DNA from: an uncultured Gammaproteobacteria bacterium
Lineage (GTDB): Bacteria; Pseudomonadota; Gammaproteobacteria; CAWCPV01
Assembly: GCA_963797555.1 (NCBI GenBank)
Contig: CAWCPV010000010.1
Span: 1-64,000 of the forward strand
Length of the DNA stretch: 64,000 nt
Reading direction: 5' to 3'
The notes below the pieces were generated by a model. That model saw only the letters and a program-made list of their open reading frames with translations, was not told the origin of the DNA and made no database searches. This document shows positions 1 through 9,782 of the stretch, piece by piece (position 1 is the first letter of the stretch; each line of letters opens with the position of its first letter). The position numbers and the translations under genes were made by a program.

Positions 1-1254
1 TGGCTCTTGCCGGGACGACGGGAGATCTATGAGCTACAGTTGGCCGCGCTGGAGGCCGCTGCCCTGACCAGGCGGCAACTGGTCGATCAGGGGGCCTACT
101 TCTATTCCATCGACGGCGTTCCGACCCGCCATTCACTGATCTGCTCCGGACGGCTTAAATCTTTCTTCGCGAACAACGGCTTTCGCACCGGATACGCGAC
201 ACACGGTCTTTTCCCCTACCGCGGAAAATTTCATCCACAAATGGTGCGGGGTATCCTTAACGCTATGGGAATCCAACAGGGCGATACTGTGCTGGACCCA
301 ATGATGGGATCTGGGACGACGCCCGTAGAGGCAGCTCTCATGGGCATAGACTCCATCGGCCTCGATGCGAGTCCGTTTTGTGTCTTTATGGCCGAGACCA
401 AGGGATTTGGCTTGACGATGTCTCTGGCCCGCGCCCAGGGCGCGTTGCAGAACATACAGAGGGTTTACGGGTATTTCGCAAACAAGTACGGGGCGCCGCA
501 GCTCGCGGAGGGTGCGCCTTCGGATCTCGATCGAGGCCTCGTGCGTGTTATGGGGGAAGGTGAAGAGTATGTGATCTCGGGGCAGCGCTTTCGCGACAAA
601 GGGACCGCCGACACTTACGCTTTGCTTTTCCTCGCCTTCCTGGATGCTATGGGCTATGCGCAGCGTACCGCGCGCAAGAATCCGCTGGATCTGTTCCGAG
701 GCATCCTAGAACGCTATCTCCACACGTGCAAGAAGTTCCAGACTGTCCGCAAGGCGCACGACATAAACCTGGGCAATATCACGGCGAGACGCGGGGATGC
801 AAGAGCGATGGATCTTCCGGCGGCATCCATCGATGGCATCTTGTTCTCGCCGCCGTATAGCTTCGCCATCGATTATGTCGGCAACGATGCGTTCCACCTG
901 GACGCCTTGGGGGTGGACCGTCGAGAGCTGAATGCGATGATGATCGGTATTCGCGGCGGAACCAAGCTTGCAGACAAATATGTCTGCTACGTCGAAGACA
1001 TGCGTCAGGTGCTACAGGAATGCTACCGCGTGCTTCGGGCGGGGCGCTATTGCGTGATCGTGATTGGCACCAACAGCAACCAATTGAGCAAGGTACTCAA
1101 AACGTCAAGAGACGAGTTGACGGGGCTTCAGGAGGTCGTCCGCAGCGAGGCCCAAGCCGTCTGGTTCTCGTTCGTCACTGAGATCGAGCGGCTGATCAAC
1201 GGGATCTCGAACACGATGCGCGAAGAGTTCATCGTGTTTCTGCGGAAGCTTTGA
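1..1254 (+). CDS. Amino (N4-C/N6-A) DNA methyltransferase, alpha-type motif order; probably 5'-truncated by window edge
   Basis: HGLFPYRGKFHPQ, SAM-binding motif I DPMMGSGTT, then catalytic SPPY further downstream; frame is open to position 1. Confidence 0.88.
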   Translation, partial: WLLPGRREIYELQLAALEAAALTRRQLVDQGAYFYSIDGVPTRHSLICSGRLKSFFANNGFRTGYATHGLFPYRGKFHPQMVRGILNAMGIQQGDTVLDPMMGSGTTPVEAALMGIDSIGLDASPFCVFMAETKGFGLTMSLARAQGALQNIQRVYGYFANKYGAPQLAEGAPSDLDRGLVRVMGEGEEYVISGQRFRDKGTADTYALLFLAFLDAMGYAQRTARKNPLDLFRGILERYLHTCKKFQTVRKAHDINLGNITARRGDARAMDLPAASIDGILFSPPYSFAIDYVGNDAFHLDALGVDRRELNAMMIGIRGGTKLADKYVCYVEDMRQVLQECYRVLRAGRYCVIVIGTNSNQLSKVLKTSRDELTGLQEVVRSEAQAVWFSFVTEIERLINGISNTMREEFIVFLRKL

Positions 1255-1351
1255 ACCAAGCAGTGCCTGCCCAGTCGAGGGTTCGAATGAACAGGAGTCC
1301 CGGTGCCTGAAGCTGGCCCGGTAACACTTGACCACGTCCCAGGATCTTGCG

Positions 1352-1970
1352 TCACCTTCTGGCCCGCCCATCGGTGCCCTTTGGAATTCTTGGCACGGCG
1401 AAGCTTTCGGCGTCGTGCTCGACCACCACGATACGCAGCGCACCCTTTATCCGCGTGAGACTGCGCCACAACGGAAAGTAGGGCTGAAGCTCGCCGATGT
1501 TGCCGATCCGGTCCGTCAGGTAGACCTTGAGGCGGTTACTCGGAACGACCAGGAAGCTGGCGAGGGTATCCGTTTGCTGCATCGCGAGAAACAGCTTGTT
1601 CAGCGCCCGATGGCTGGAGGAGATGTTGCCGGCCTCCCACTCGAAGGCGATGTAGCCCTTGCCAGTGAACTTGAGTGCGTCCAGGTCGCCGGTGCCAAAC
1701 ACGCTCGAGCCGATACTCGGTAACTGCTCTACGAGCCAGCCCCTGGTCTGGAGCGCCCTGATGCACGGGACCTTGATCATTTTGACCCCGTTCCCTTGCC
1801 CGCTCTTCTTGCCACTCTCGGGGTAGATCGTGAACGACCCGGAACCGTGGGGCCAGTCTGTCAGAGGCAATGGCCTGCTCCACATCGCTCCACGCCTGTT
1901 GCAGGCTGGCGGACGTGGAAAACAGGTGCTCGTTCAGGATGTCGTGGTACTCAAGAAGCTTCACCGCCAT
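1352..1970 (-). CDS. BamHI-family type II restriction endonuclease, with a +1 frameshift near 1861-1866
   Basis: N-part (..LQQAWSDVEQAIA) joined to C-part (DWPHGSGSFTIYP..NGVKMIK..GDLDA..FEWEAGNISSSHRALNKL..YLTDRIGNIGELQPYF..VPRIPKGTDG) mirrors BamHI motifs EFETGNISSAHRSMNKL, YLTDRV and VPLIPKGSDG. Confidence 0.9.
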
Positions 1971-2202
1971 CCCCCTGTTCGGCGAGCATGTGCGTGACAG
2001 AGGCGACCAACTCTTCCGGAGTGACCTCCAGCGCCTTGGCGATCTGCAGAATCGTGGTCAGAGATGGCTGGCGGAGACCACGCTCGAGAAGGGAGATGAA
2101 GGTTCGGTCCAATTGGCTTTCGAGAGCCAAGCGCTCCTGGGAGATCGTCCGTCGATGCCTCAGCTCGCGAACGGCAAGGCCAAAGGCCTGCTCGGGCTTC
2201 AC
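1951..2202 (-). CDS. Controller (C) protein of R-M system, XRE HTH
   Basis: ISQERLALESQLDRTFISLLERGLRQPSLTTILQIAKAL; overlaps endonuclease start; GAGGAG RBS upstream of GTG. Confidence 0.9.
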   Translation of the reverse strand: MKPEQAFGLAVRELRHRRTISQERLALESQLDRTFISLLERGLRQPSLTTILQIAKALEVTPEELVASVTHMLAEQGDGGEAS

Positions 2203-2246
2203 TCGTGACTCCTCGTGATGGATGCGAAGAGGATAGGAATCGCTCA

Positions 2247-2270
2247 GACTAAGGTCGACGGACTATAGTC
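2247..2270 (-). promoter_or_regulatory. Tandem C-box operator
   Basis: Minus strand GACTATAGTC-CGTC-GACCTTAGTC: one perfect and one imperfect GACT..AGTC palindrome 45 bp upstream of the C gene. Confidence 0.8.
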
Positions 2271-2290
2271 TTCATCGCGAACCATGGTTG

Positions 2291-2299
2291 TGGTACGAT
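2291..2299 (+). promoter_or_regulatory. Putative extended -10 promoter of the methyltransferase
   Basis: TG-G-TACGAT 27 bp upstream of the reconstructed MTase ATG at 2327. Confidence 0.4.
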
Positions 2300-2326
2300 G
2301 CGGGCGGTTGCCAACGGGGGTGCGGG

Positions 2327-2360
2327 ATGGGTTTTTCGGGACAGTTCTTCAGGGCGCTAG
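2327..2360 (+). pseudogene. Original 5' end (MGFSGQFFRAL) of the M.BamHI-like gene, separated by IS insertion
   Basis: Removing the IS and one CTAG copy joins ATG 2327..CTA G to GG GTC GAT CCC at 3927 in frame. Confidence 0.8.
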
Positions 2361-3922
2361 GAGGCTGTCGGACTTGGAGCCGACTCGGGGGTAGAATAGG
2401 CGCACTGTAGCGGGCCACCGCCTGGGGAGCAAGATGGCTGTTGAATTCATCCCGATAGACCGCGATACCCCGTATATTTTCCCGCCTTGCGTGCAGGACT
2501 ATCTCCCGGAAGGGCACTTGGCTCGATTTGTGGTGGAGATTGTGGAGCAGTTGGAGCTGAGGCATCTGTCGGCGGTGTACGGGGGTAAGGGGTCGAAGCC
2601 CTACCACCCGGCGATGTTAGTGGCGTTGCTGTTCTACGGCTATGCCACGGGGGTGTTTTCCAGTCGCAAGCTGGAGAAGGCGACCCATGATTCGATCGCG
2701 TTTCGGTATATCTGTGCCAACACGCACCCGGACCATGACACCATCGCGCAATTCCGCAGGCGGTTTCTGAAGGAGCTGGAGGGGCTGTTTGTCGAGATTC
2801 TGCTGGTGGCGGCAGAGATGGGGCTGGTGAAGCTGGGCACGATTGCGCTGGATGGGAGCAAGGTCAAAGCAAACGCCAGCAAGCATAAGGCGCTGAGTTG
2901 GGAGTACGCGAACCGGCTCGAGGCGCAGCTTCAGGAGGAAGTGCAAGCCCTGATGCGCTTTGCCGAGCAGGCCGACCGGAGACTCACTGGCGGAGGAGAT
3001 GGATATTCCCGCCGAGATCAAGCGTCGCGAAGAGCGACTGGCGGCGATTGCCCAGGCGAAAGAGGAGATCCGGACCCGGGCGCAGGCGCGTTTTGAGCGC
3101 GAGCAGGCGGAGTTCGAACAGAAGCAGGCCAAGCGCGAGGTCTATGAGAAACACACCGGCAAGAAGGCTCGGGGCAAGGCGCCGAGTCCTCCGACACCTG
3201 GCCCGCAGGCCAAGGACCAAGTCAATCTGACGGATGAAGAATCACGCATCATGCCCACCTCCAGTGGAGGGTTCGAACAGGCCTACAACGTGCAGGCCGG
3301 GGTGGATGTCGAGACGCATCTCATCGTGGAGCACCACGTCACCCAGCACCCCAATGACAAACAGGAGATTGCGCCGGCGTTAGAGAACATTGCCCAGTTG
3401 CCCGAGGCGCTGGGTCAGGGCGAATCCCTCCTCGCCGACACCGGCTACTTCAGCGAGGCCAACGTTCAGCGGTGCAAAGACGCTCGCATCGCGCCGCTCA
3501 TCCCGGAAAAACGCGAGAAGCACAATGTTCCCTTACAGACGCGCTTCGCCGAAGACCCTAAACCCCCTCGCAATCCCACACCCGTACAGGCGATGCACCA
3601 CCGCCTGCAAACCAAGGAAGGTAAGGCACTTTACGCCAAGCGCAAATCTTCCGTGGAAACCGTCTTCGGTATCCTCAAACACGTGCAAGGGTTCAGGCAA
3701 TTTCTGCTTCGCGGCTTAGACGCAGTCCGAAGTGAATGGGCTTTAGTATGCCTTGGGTGGAATCTGAAGCGGATGCATGCCCTGAACGGGTGAAAAGAAG
3801 GCACGTGAAGGGTCTTGCCACGCAAAAAAGATAGCTTCTCACCCATACCTGAGCCACATGGTCAAGATTCCCCCCTTGGGGCGTTGCAACACCCGCGTTT
3901 CTACCTTAAGTCCGACAGACTC
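2361..3922 (+). mobile_element. IS1182-family insertion sequence
   Basis: TIRs GAGGCTGTCGGACTT (2361-2375) and AAGTCCGACAGACTC (3908-3922), 14/15 match; CTAG duplicated at 2357-2360 and 3923-3926. Confidence 0.92.
2434..3793 (+). CDS. IS1182-family DDE transposase, frameshift near 2977-2980
   Basis: PYHPAMLVALLFYGYATGVFSSRKLE, PDHDTIAQFR, LDGSKVKANAS, LADTGYFSE, YAKRKSSVETVFG across ORFs 2434..3096 and 2960..3793. Confidence 0.92.
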
Positions 3923-5116
3923 CTAGGGGTCGATCCCGGCAAACGCGGGGCGGTGGCTCAGCTCTCCAGCCGTCTCGGGGTGCCTGTCAGCAGATTGCGA
4001 TATTACAACGATGCCAATATCTTGCCTTCCGGCGACGATCTGGACCGAATACTCCAGGCGTGCGGGATCAGCGAGGTCGAACTGATGCTCGCCATGGGGC
4101 GATTGTCGAGGCAAGTCCTGGACGCACTTCAGGCGAAGGCGGGGATGGTTGCGGACCTGATCGGTAGTCCGGCAGCGGAAGAGTCGGACGGAACGAGCAC
4201 GAATCTGGTTATGGAGACCGAGCTTGGCCGGCTGTACAAAGGCGACTGCGTCACCCTCATGCATACGATGCAGAGCGATTCGGTCGATATGATCTTTTCC
4301 GATCCTCCCTTCAATTTGAACAAGCTCTACCCTTCGAGCATCGACGACAACTTGAAGACGGAGCGGTATCTTGAATGGTGCGAGACGTGGCTCCGGGAAT
4401 GTGTAAGACTCCTGAAGCACGGCGGGGCTCTATTCGTCTGGAACCTTCCGAAATGGAATGCGGAAATTGCGAGCTTTCTGCAAGGGCGACTGACCTTTGT
4501 TCATTGGATTGCGGTGGACATAAAGTACAGTCTGCCGATTCAAGGAAGGCTCTATCCTTCCCATTATTCCTTGCTCTACTTCGTGAAGGGCGGGAGCGCG
4601 CGGGTCTTCCACCCGGATCGGCTCCCCATGCAGATCTGCCCTCATTGTTACGGCGACTTGAGGGACTATGGTGGCTACAAGGACAAAATGAGTCCCAAGG
4701 GCGTCAACCTCACCGACGTCTGGTGGGACATATCTCCGGTGAGGCACGCCAAGTATAAGCGGCGCAATGGTGCGAACGAGCTTTCGCTGAAGATCTTGGA
4801 CAGGGTCATTGCGATGTCGACCGACGAAGGCGATCTGGTGCTAGACCCATTCGGCGGGGCTGGAACGACGTATATGGCCGCCGAACTGAAGGGCGGGCGT
4901 TGGGTTGGGGTGGAGATAGGACCGACTGAGGACATCGTCAGGCGATTCCAGGATATCGAGCAGGAGCGAAAGATCCTGAACCACTATCGCGATGGCACGA
5001 ATGTCCTATTCACCGAGGATGCACGAAGAGGACGAGAACGGGCGGGGTGGTGGACGTGCGAATCGGTTCGGCGCGAGAAAGATCACGGGAAGAACATCCC
5101 CTTGGGTCTCGAATAA
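3815..5116 (+). CDS. M.BamHI-like beta-class N4-cytosine methyltransferase with N-terminal HTH-like region; first 36 codons of this ORF lie inside the IS
   Basis: FSDPPFNLNKLY, LPIQGRLYPSHYSLLY, CPHCYGDLRDYGGYKDKM, DPFGGAGTT; divergent from C-R as in the BamHI locus. Confidence 0.92.
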   Translation: MPRKKDSFSPIPEPHGQDSPLGALQHPRFYLKSDRLLGVDPGKRGAVAQLSSRLGVPVSRLRYYNDANILPSGDDLDRILQACGISEVELMLAMGRLSRQVLDALQAKAGMVADLIGSPAAEESDGTSTNLVMETELGRLYKGDCVTLMHTMQSDSVDMIFSDPPFNLNKLYPSSIDDNLKTERYLEWCETWLRECVRLLKHGGALFVWNLPKWNAEIASFLQGRLTFVHWIAVDIKYSLPIQGRLYPSHYSLLYFVKGGSARVFHPDRLPMQICPHCYGDLRDYGGYKDKMSPKGVNLTDVWWDISPVRHAKYKRRNGANELSLKILDRVIAMSTDEGDLVLDPFGGAGTTYMAAELKGGRWVGVEIGPTEDIVRRFQDIEQERKILNHYRDGTNVLFTEDARRGRERAGWWTCESVRREKDHGKNIPLGLE

Positions 5117-5323
5117 AGGAGCAGCACAAACTTGCGCTTGGATGGTCAGGGCCATCTCCAGCGCAGAGCGGCAGGTCGACGCTTCGATCCGGCGCTCGGA
5201 GTGCACCATCATCAGATGATGGCACTGAAATGAGTAGACCAGGTGCAAGTTTGGCAGAGACGATCGTGCTTGACGAGGGCCGGTCTCCGACGGGCGGCGG
5301 ACGCGTCATGTCGTGGCCCGGTC

Positions 5324-5354
5324 GGGCGGACCGCCCTTGGGGCATCCGCCCTAC
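5324..5354 (-). repeat. Single REP-like palindrome
   Basis: Minus strand GTAG-GGCGGA-TGCCCC-AA-GGGCGG-TCCGCC: GTAG tetranucleotide followed by an imperfect hairpin. Confidence 0.35.
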
Positions 5355-5496
5355 GCGAGGTTGCACTATCCGAGCTTGTTGCGCGATGGCGCATCGTCCA
5401 GTGGCCATCGGGCCTGCAGGCCGGCATCACCCAAGCGATTTCGTCTGGGCGGGCCGGTGGTACACTGAGGAGCGATGGTGAGCCGGAGAAGCGACG

Positions 5497-5759
5497 ATGG
5501 CGGATGATGTCGAAAACCTCCTCCTTGAAATGCTCAAGGCGCTCCGTAAGGAGGTCAAGTCCCTCGGCGTCAAGATGGATGAGCAATTCGAATCCGTGCG
5601 TCTCAGACTTGGGTCAATGGAAACCCACTTACCGGCCTTCAACGCGAGGTCACCGGAATCCACGCGGACGTCGCAATCGTGCACGGACGGATGGACAGAT
5701 TCGAGATGCGCCTCGACCGCATCGAACGGCGTCTGGACCTGCGTGACGAACCTGTCTAG
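5497..5759 (+). CDS. Small coiled-coil hypothetical protein, one-base frameshift near 5628-5631
   Basis: MADDVENLLLEMLKALR..METHL continues in another frame as TGLQREVTGIHADVAIVHGRMDRFEMRLDRIERRLDLRDEPV*; GGAG RBS. Confidence 0.65.
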
Positions 5760-6681
5760 CGCCGCGCCGGAGGCAAACCCCTGGGCGGAATACGCTTCAC
5801 GATGGCCTCGCGGCACGGGCAGAAGGCGCGGGAAGTCCGCCAGCAGGTGTACGCAAGGCGTGTGGCGCTCTCCGACGGCAAGGGGGGTCACGTGGAGGCC
5901 ACCTGTTAGCATCGCCGCCTAAGCTCACCAGCCGAGGCGGGGCTGCTCGAATCTCGCCTGGCAGGCCCTCGCGGCTGGGAGTCAGGGGAAGGCGCCGCCG
6001 CCCGGGGGCTGGACGATTCGTCCGGCGCGGGCTGGCGGAGCCGGTGCTACGCCACTACTTACCCGGGGCGGCCCCCCACGGGCTGACGGAGCAGGCCCAG
6101 GATGCCCCGCTCCTGGTACTGGGCTCCCGCTGCTCATCGCACCCCCTCTCGCAACGCTCGCGTTTCGCCGCGATGATACGCCGCAGAACGACCCCTCCAA
6201 GCGCTTCGTTGGCGCCTTCAAATGGAGCGGATCTGTTGGCGCATCTAGCGGCGATCCTGTGGAGGTGATGCACACGCTGCGAGTTGGTGTATACGATAGA
6301 CATTCCCGTCCTCTGTTTCGGCGGGATCGCCGATTTGCGCGAAGAGTTGCGGCTGCTGCGTGCCAACCTGTTCTTCGAGCGGAACGAAATCGTGGACAGA
6401 CGGCCTGTATTCCTGAAACAATTCCGCTGGAGCGGCCCCCGACTTCTGCTGGACGTTGTCGATAGTGGCGGGGGCCGCCGCCCGAGAGGTTACGGCGCAT
6501 CGGTGATTTGTAATCGGAACGCGAGAGCTATGCTGCGCCAAGAGAGGCGACACCGGGCCAGTCTGGTGGCAGCGAGTGGGAGTACTGCCCGGGCGCCGTC
6601 TGAGACGAGAAATGTTACAAACGTGCGGCACACGTCTATGCCGCTGGGGCGTGCCGTCACCCTGAAGGAGGAGACCTATCC

Positions 6682-7587
6682 ATGAGAAAAGTGCTCGCGA
6701 TTCTAGCCGTGCTGTTATGGACTCCATTGGCGCACGCGCTCAACCCTTATGTACAGGGGGACAGCCTGCCGGGCGGCGACGTAGACCACCTTCGACAGGA
6801 GGTCGCCAATAGGCTGCATGCGGCTGGCCTGTCGGTAGTGGGAAGTTACACGCCGAAGGGGCTTGAGCAATATGGTGTCGTGGTCGCCACGGATGATGCG
6901 ATCCTGAAAGCGATCCGGGCGATTGGGGGCGCGTCTATCGTTGGTGCAGGCCTCCGGGTAGGCGTCAAGGCGGACGGGATGGTCACTTACATGAACCCGG
7001 ATTACTGGTACCGTGCCTATTTCCGCGATAAGTTCCGCCGTTACCAGGACGCTGTGAAGGACGCGCAGAGCCGCCTCCAGAAAGCCCTGGGTGCAAAGGG
7101 GGTGTTAGGCGGCAACGTCCCCGCAGGCAGCCTCGCGGGGTATCGCTACATGTTCGGGCTGGAGACTTTCGAGCAGCCTGTGCTGCTGAAGAGCCAAACG
7201 AGCTTCGAGGCGGCAGTCTCGACCATTCAGAGGAACTTGGGACGGGGTGACAAGCAGGCTGCCAAAGTCTACGAGGTGGTCATGCCGGACAAGCAACTGG
7301 CGGTGTTCGGCGTCACCATGAGCAACCGGACCACGGGGGAAGGCGCCTGGGTGAATAAGCTGGTGCCGGACCAGATCGCTGCCCTGCCGTACGAAATCTT
7401 CGTGGTGGACAACAAAGCGTACACGTTGCATCCCAGGTTCCGCATCGCCCTCTCCTGGCCGGCGCTCAGCATGGGAACGTTCCTGAGGATAGGGAACACG
7501 CCCACTGAGATAATCGCGACCCTGACGACGGTGGCGGGCGGGACGTACCGGGCGCAGGGCGGGTTCGGCGAGGAAGGGTGGTACTAA
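6682..7587 (+). CDS. Secreted/periplasmic hypothetical protein
   Basis: Strong AGGAGGAG RBS; signal peptide MRKVLAILAVLLWTPLAHA; 301 aa with coding-like composition. Confidence 0.85.
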   Translation: MRKVLAILAVLLWTPLAHALNPYVQGDSLPGGDVDHLRQEVANRLHAAGLSVVGSYTPKGLEQYGVVVATDDAILKAIRAIGGASIVGAGLRVGVKADGMVTYMNPDYWYRAYFRDKFRRYQDAVKDAQSRLQKALGAKGVLGGNVPAGSLAGYRYMFGLETFEQPVLLKSQTSFEAAVSTIQRNLGRGDKQAAKVYEVVMPDKQLAVFGVTMSNRTTGEGAWVNKLVPDQIAALPYEIFVVDNKAYTLHPRFRIALSWPALSMGTFLRIGNTPTEIIATLTTVAGGTYRAQGGFGEEGWY

Positions 7588-7597
7588 GCTTCGGGTT

Positions 7598-8189
7598 TCA
7601 GGGCACGGATTCCACGGTGTAACGGGACACTTTCAGGGTTGGTGACCAGTACTCTGCCGGGAGTCCGGCCTTGACCTTGAGCTGGGCGATGAATTCGCGG
7701 GGCTCGCGTAGGGTCTCCCATACCGCCGGGAGGAACGTGGCGCGGTGCCCGCCCTCCACGATGACGACGCCGTCCAGTCCTGGTTTCAGGCGGCGGAACG
7801 AATCCTCCTCGGAGTGCACCGCCAGGAGCGTGGGCCGGCTGAGGACCGCGATATGGATGTCCAGCTCCGCAATCTCGTCACCGCGCAACGGGGCGAAACG
7901 CGGGTCCCGGAAGGCGGCCGCATAAGCGTTACATGCGAACGTCCATCAGGAGGGGACGCGTGGCCTCGAGGGTTCCGATGCAGCCGCGCAGCGCCGCCAG
8001 GTGGTGAAGGGTCACAAAGGTGGCGCGCGTAGCCAGCAGCGCTTCGTCGTGGCCTTCGGGGGAGATGGCGGGCGGCCCGCCGTGGGCTAACCCGTATTCG
8101 ATGGCACTGCGGGCTACCCTCAAGAGAGCCCGCCGCTGGTCCGGATTGAGCTCTTCGGCCGCCCTGTCAGGAGAATGCGTAGGCTCCAT
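7598..8189 (-). CDS. amrA: AmmeMemoRadiSam protein A (AMMECR1 family), frameshift near 7938-7941
   Basis: ATFVTL..LRGCIG, then in shifted frame NAYAAAFRDPRF..ATFLPAVWE..LKVKAG. Confidence 0.9.
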
Positions 8190-8958
8190 ACCCGACCACT
8201 TGGTCGCGCGGACCGGCAGTGTCTCCGGAATTGCGCAGGTCCAGCGTCGCCGCAGCGAGCCCGTGGGCCTGCGCGGCCACGAGGAGGCCGGTGATGGGGA
8301 TGCGCCCGCAGGCCTGCTGGTAATCGATATCGGCGGGCCGCAACTGCTCGATGGCGCGCGAGGTATCGCGGTCCATGCGGCGCGCGGTGTCGTAGTCATG
8401 GTAGTGGCTCAGGTCGGAGCTGATCACGAGAACGGTCTCGGCTCCACCCCAGAGGCGTTCCAGAACTTCCGCTACCTCCTGGGGCGACGCGTCGCCGACC
8501 ACCAACGGGGCAAGAGAGAATTCCCTCAGCACTTCCTGAAGAAACGGAAGATGTACCTCCAGACTGTGCTCCCACGCGTGGGCGGAGTCCATCACCTGTA
8601 CCTGGGGCAAATCCACTAGAGCGGCCGCTGCTGTCTTGTCGACGAGCACGTCACCGAGGGGTGTGTTGAACACGTCCGCGCTGCTCGTGGCCAGTCCCCG
8701 CAACGGCACGCGGTGGGACGGGCCGATCAGGACGACCCGACGGACAGTGTCGCGGGCTGGCCACAGCCGGGCATACGCCGTGGCGGCGACGGGGCCGGAG
8801 TAGATGTATCCCGCATGAGGTGCGATCAGGGCCTTGGGCAGAGTGCCGGGCGCTCGGTCGAGGGCACCCCGGAGGTAGCGTTGCACCATAGCTCGAAGCT
8901 GCTGAGGGTCGGCGGGGTAGAATGTCCCGGCGACCGCCGGGGAGCGCGTCACGCTCAT
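8167..8958 (-). CDS. amrB: AmmeMemoRadiSam protein B (MEMO1 family)
   Basis: PAVAGTFYP, PHAGYIYSG, GPSH, EHSLEVHLPFLQ, SSDLSHY, NSGD..VVGY. Confidence 0.95.
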   Translation of the reverse strand: MSVTRSPAVAGTFYPADPQQLRAMVQRYLRGALDRAPGTLPKALIAPHAGYIYSGPVAATAYARLWPARDTVRRVVLIGPSHRVPLRGLATSSADVFNTPLGDVLVDKTAAAALVDLPQVQVMDSAHAWEHSLEVHLPFLQEVLREFSLAPLVVGDASPQEVAEVLERLWGGAETVLVISSDLSHYHDYDTARRMDRDTSRAIEQLRPADIDYQQACGRIPITGLLVAAQAHGLAAATLDLRNSGDTAGPRDQVVGYGAYAFS

Positions 8959-9035
8959 ACGCATCAAGTCCGTTCTGGGGGGTCCCTTCGTCATCGTAGG
9001 GCGCCGCATCGATAATTTCAAGGACGGCGGTGCGG

Positions 9036-9390
9036 TGTTAGCCCCAAGTAGTAATGTCCCCTCTGTAGGGGATAGAAATCTCCCCTTTGGCACTCGAAAG
9101 GGGACGTATGAGAGAGGGGTGATCGCGATGAGCCGGCGAGAGTTGGAGCGACTGGAGGTGGTGCAGCGGGTGGCAGGCAGGCGGATCAAACAGGGCGATG
9201 CGGCCTACATGCTGGGGCTATCGGTTCGGCAGGTGAAGCGCTTGTTGGGTGCGTATCGGCAGGACGGGGCAGCGGGCTTTGGTAGAGCAAGCGTCGGGGC
9301 CTCTGACCCCTTCGGTGCATCCCGGAGGCGGAGAAGGCGGGTTTTCTTGCCATCGTCCAGTCGCAGTACCCCGACTTCGGCCCAACGCCG
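9036..9390 (+). mobile_element. Truncated IS481/ISNCY-like element (left end and transposase N-terminus)
   Basis: End TGTTAGCCCCAAGTAGTAATGTCCCC..ATAGAAATCTCCCC with repeated submotif; ATG 9128 MSRRELERLEVVQRV..LGLSVRQVKRLLGAYRQDGAAG and out-of-frame YPDFGPT. Confidence 0.75.
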
Positions 9391-9394
9391 TGCC

Positions 9395-9515
9395 CAATCG
9401 GCAATCGCCGTGCTGCTGCGCGAGCGTGGTCGCGGGAAGCACTTGTGCGGACGCATTGTCGTGACGCCGTCGCACAACCCGCCGCGGGACGGGGGCTTCA
9501 AGGACAACCAACCCG
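9395..9515 (+). pseudogene. pgm: Phosphoglucomutase fragment
   Basis: AVLLRERGRG..IVVTPSHNPPRDGGFKDNQP resembles the PGM phosphoserine loop [21 protein letters not shown]. Confidence 0.75.
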
Positions 9516-9782
9516 CGTGCGAGGTTGTGCTCGCTCCGCCACGCGCCGACCCCGGAGGACCGGTCCGTGGTAGCCAATCGATACCGCGTGATACTTCCTG
9601 GAGCCCATGGAGCTGGGCCACCTGCCTTACCAGAAGAGTACCTGCGTGTCTTATCCCGGACGACCATATAGACAAGAGACCTTTTCCGTTATTCTTGGCC
9701 CGGGACGTTTTGAGTGGGCTGATCCGGCAGTGGTCGGCAGGAAGCGAAGGGGGAAGAGCCACATGTTGATTGCCCTGCACCA

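Noticed and set aside
2970-2990. Programmed frameshift in the IS1182 or IS110 transposases
   Set aside because: No slippery heptamer; these families normally have single ORFs; matches the window-wide indel pattern
6044-6681. Several overlapping short ORFs (for example 6284..6685)
   Set aside because: No recognisable motif or RBS; cannot choose a frame; may be decayed DNA
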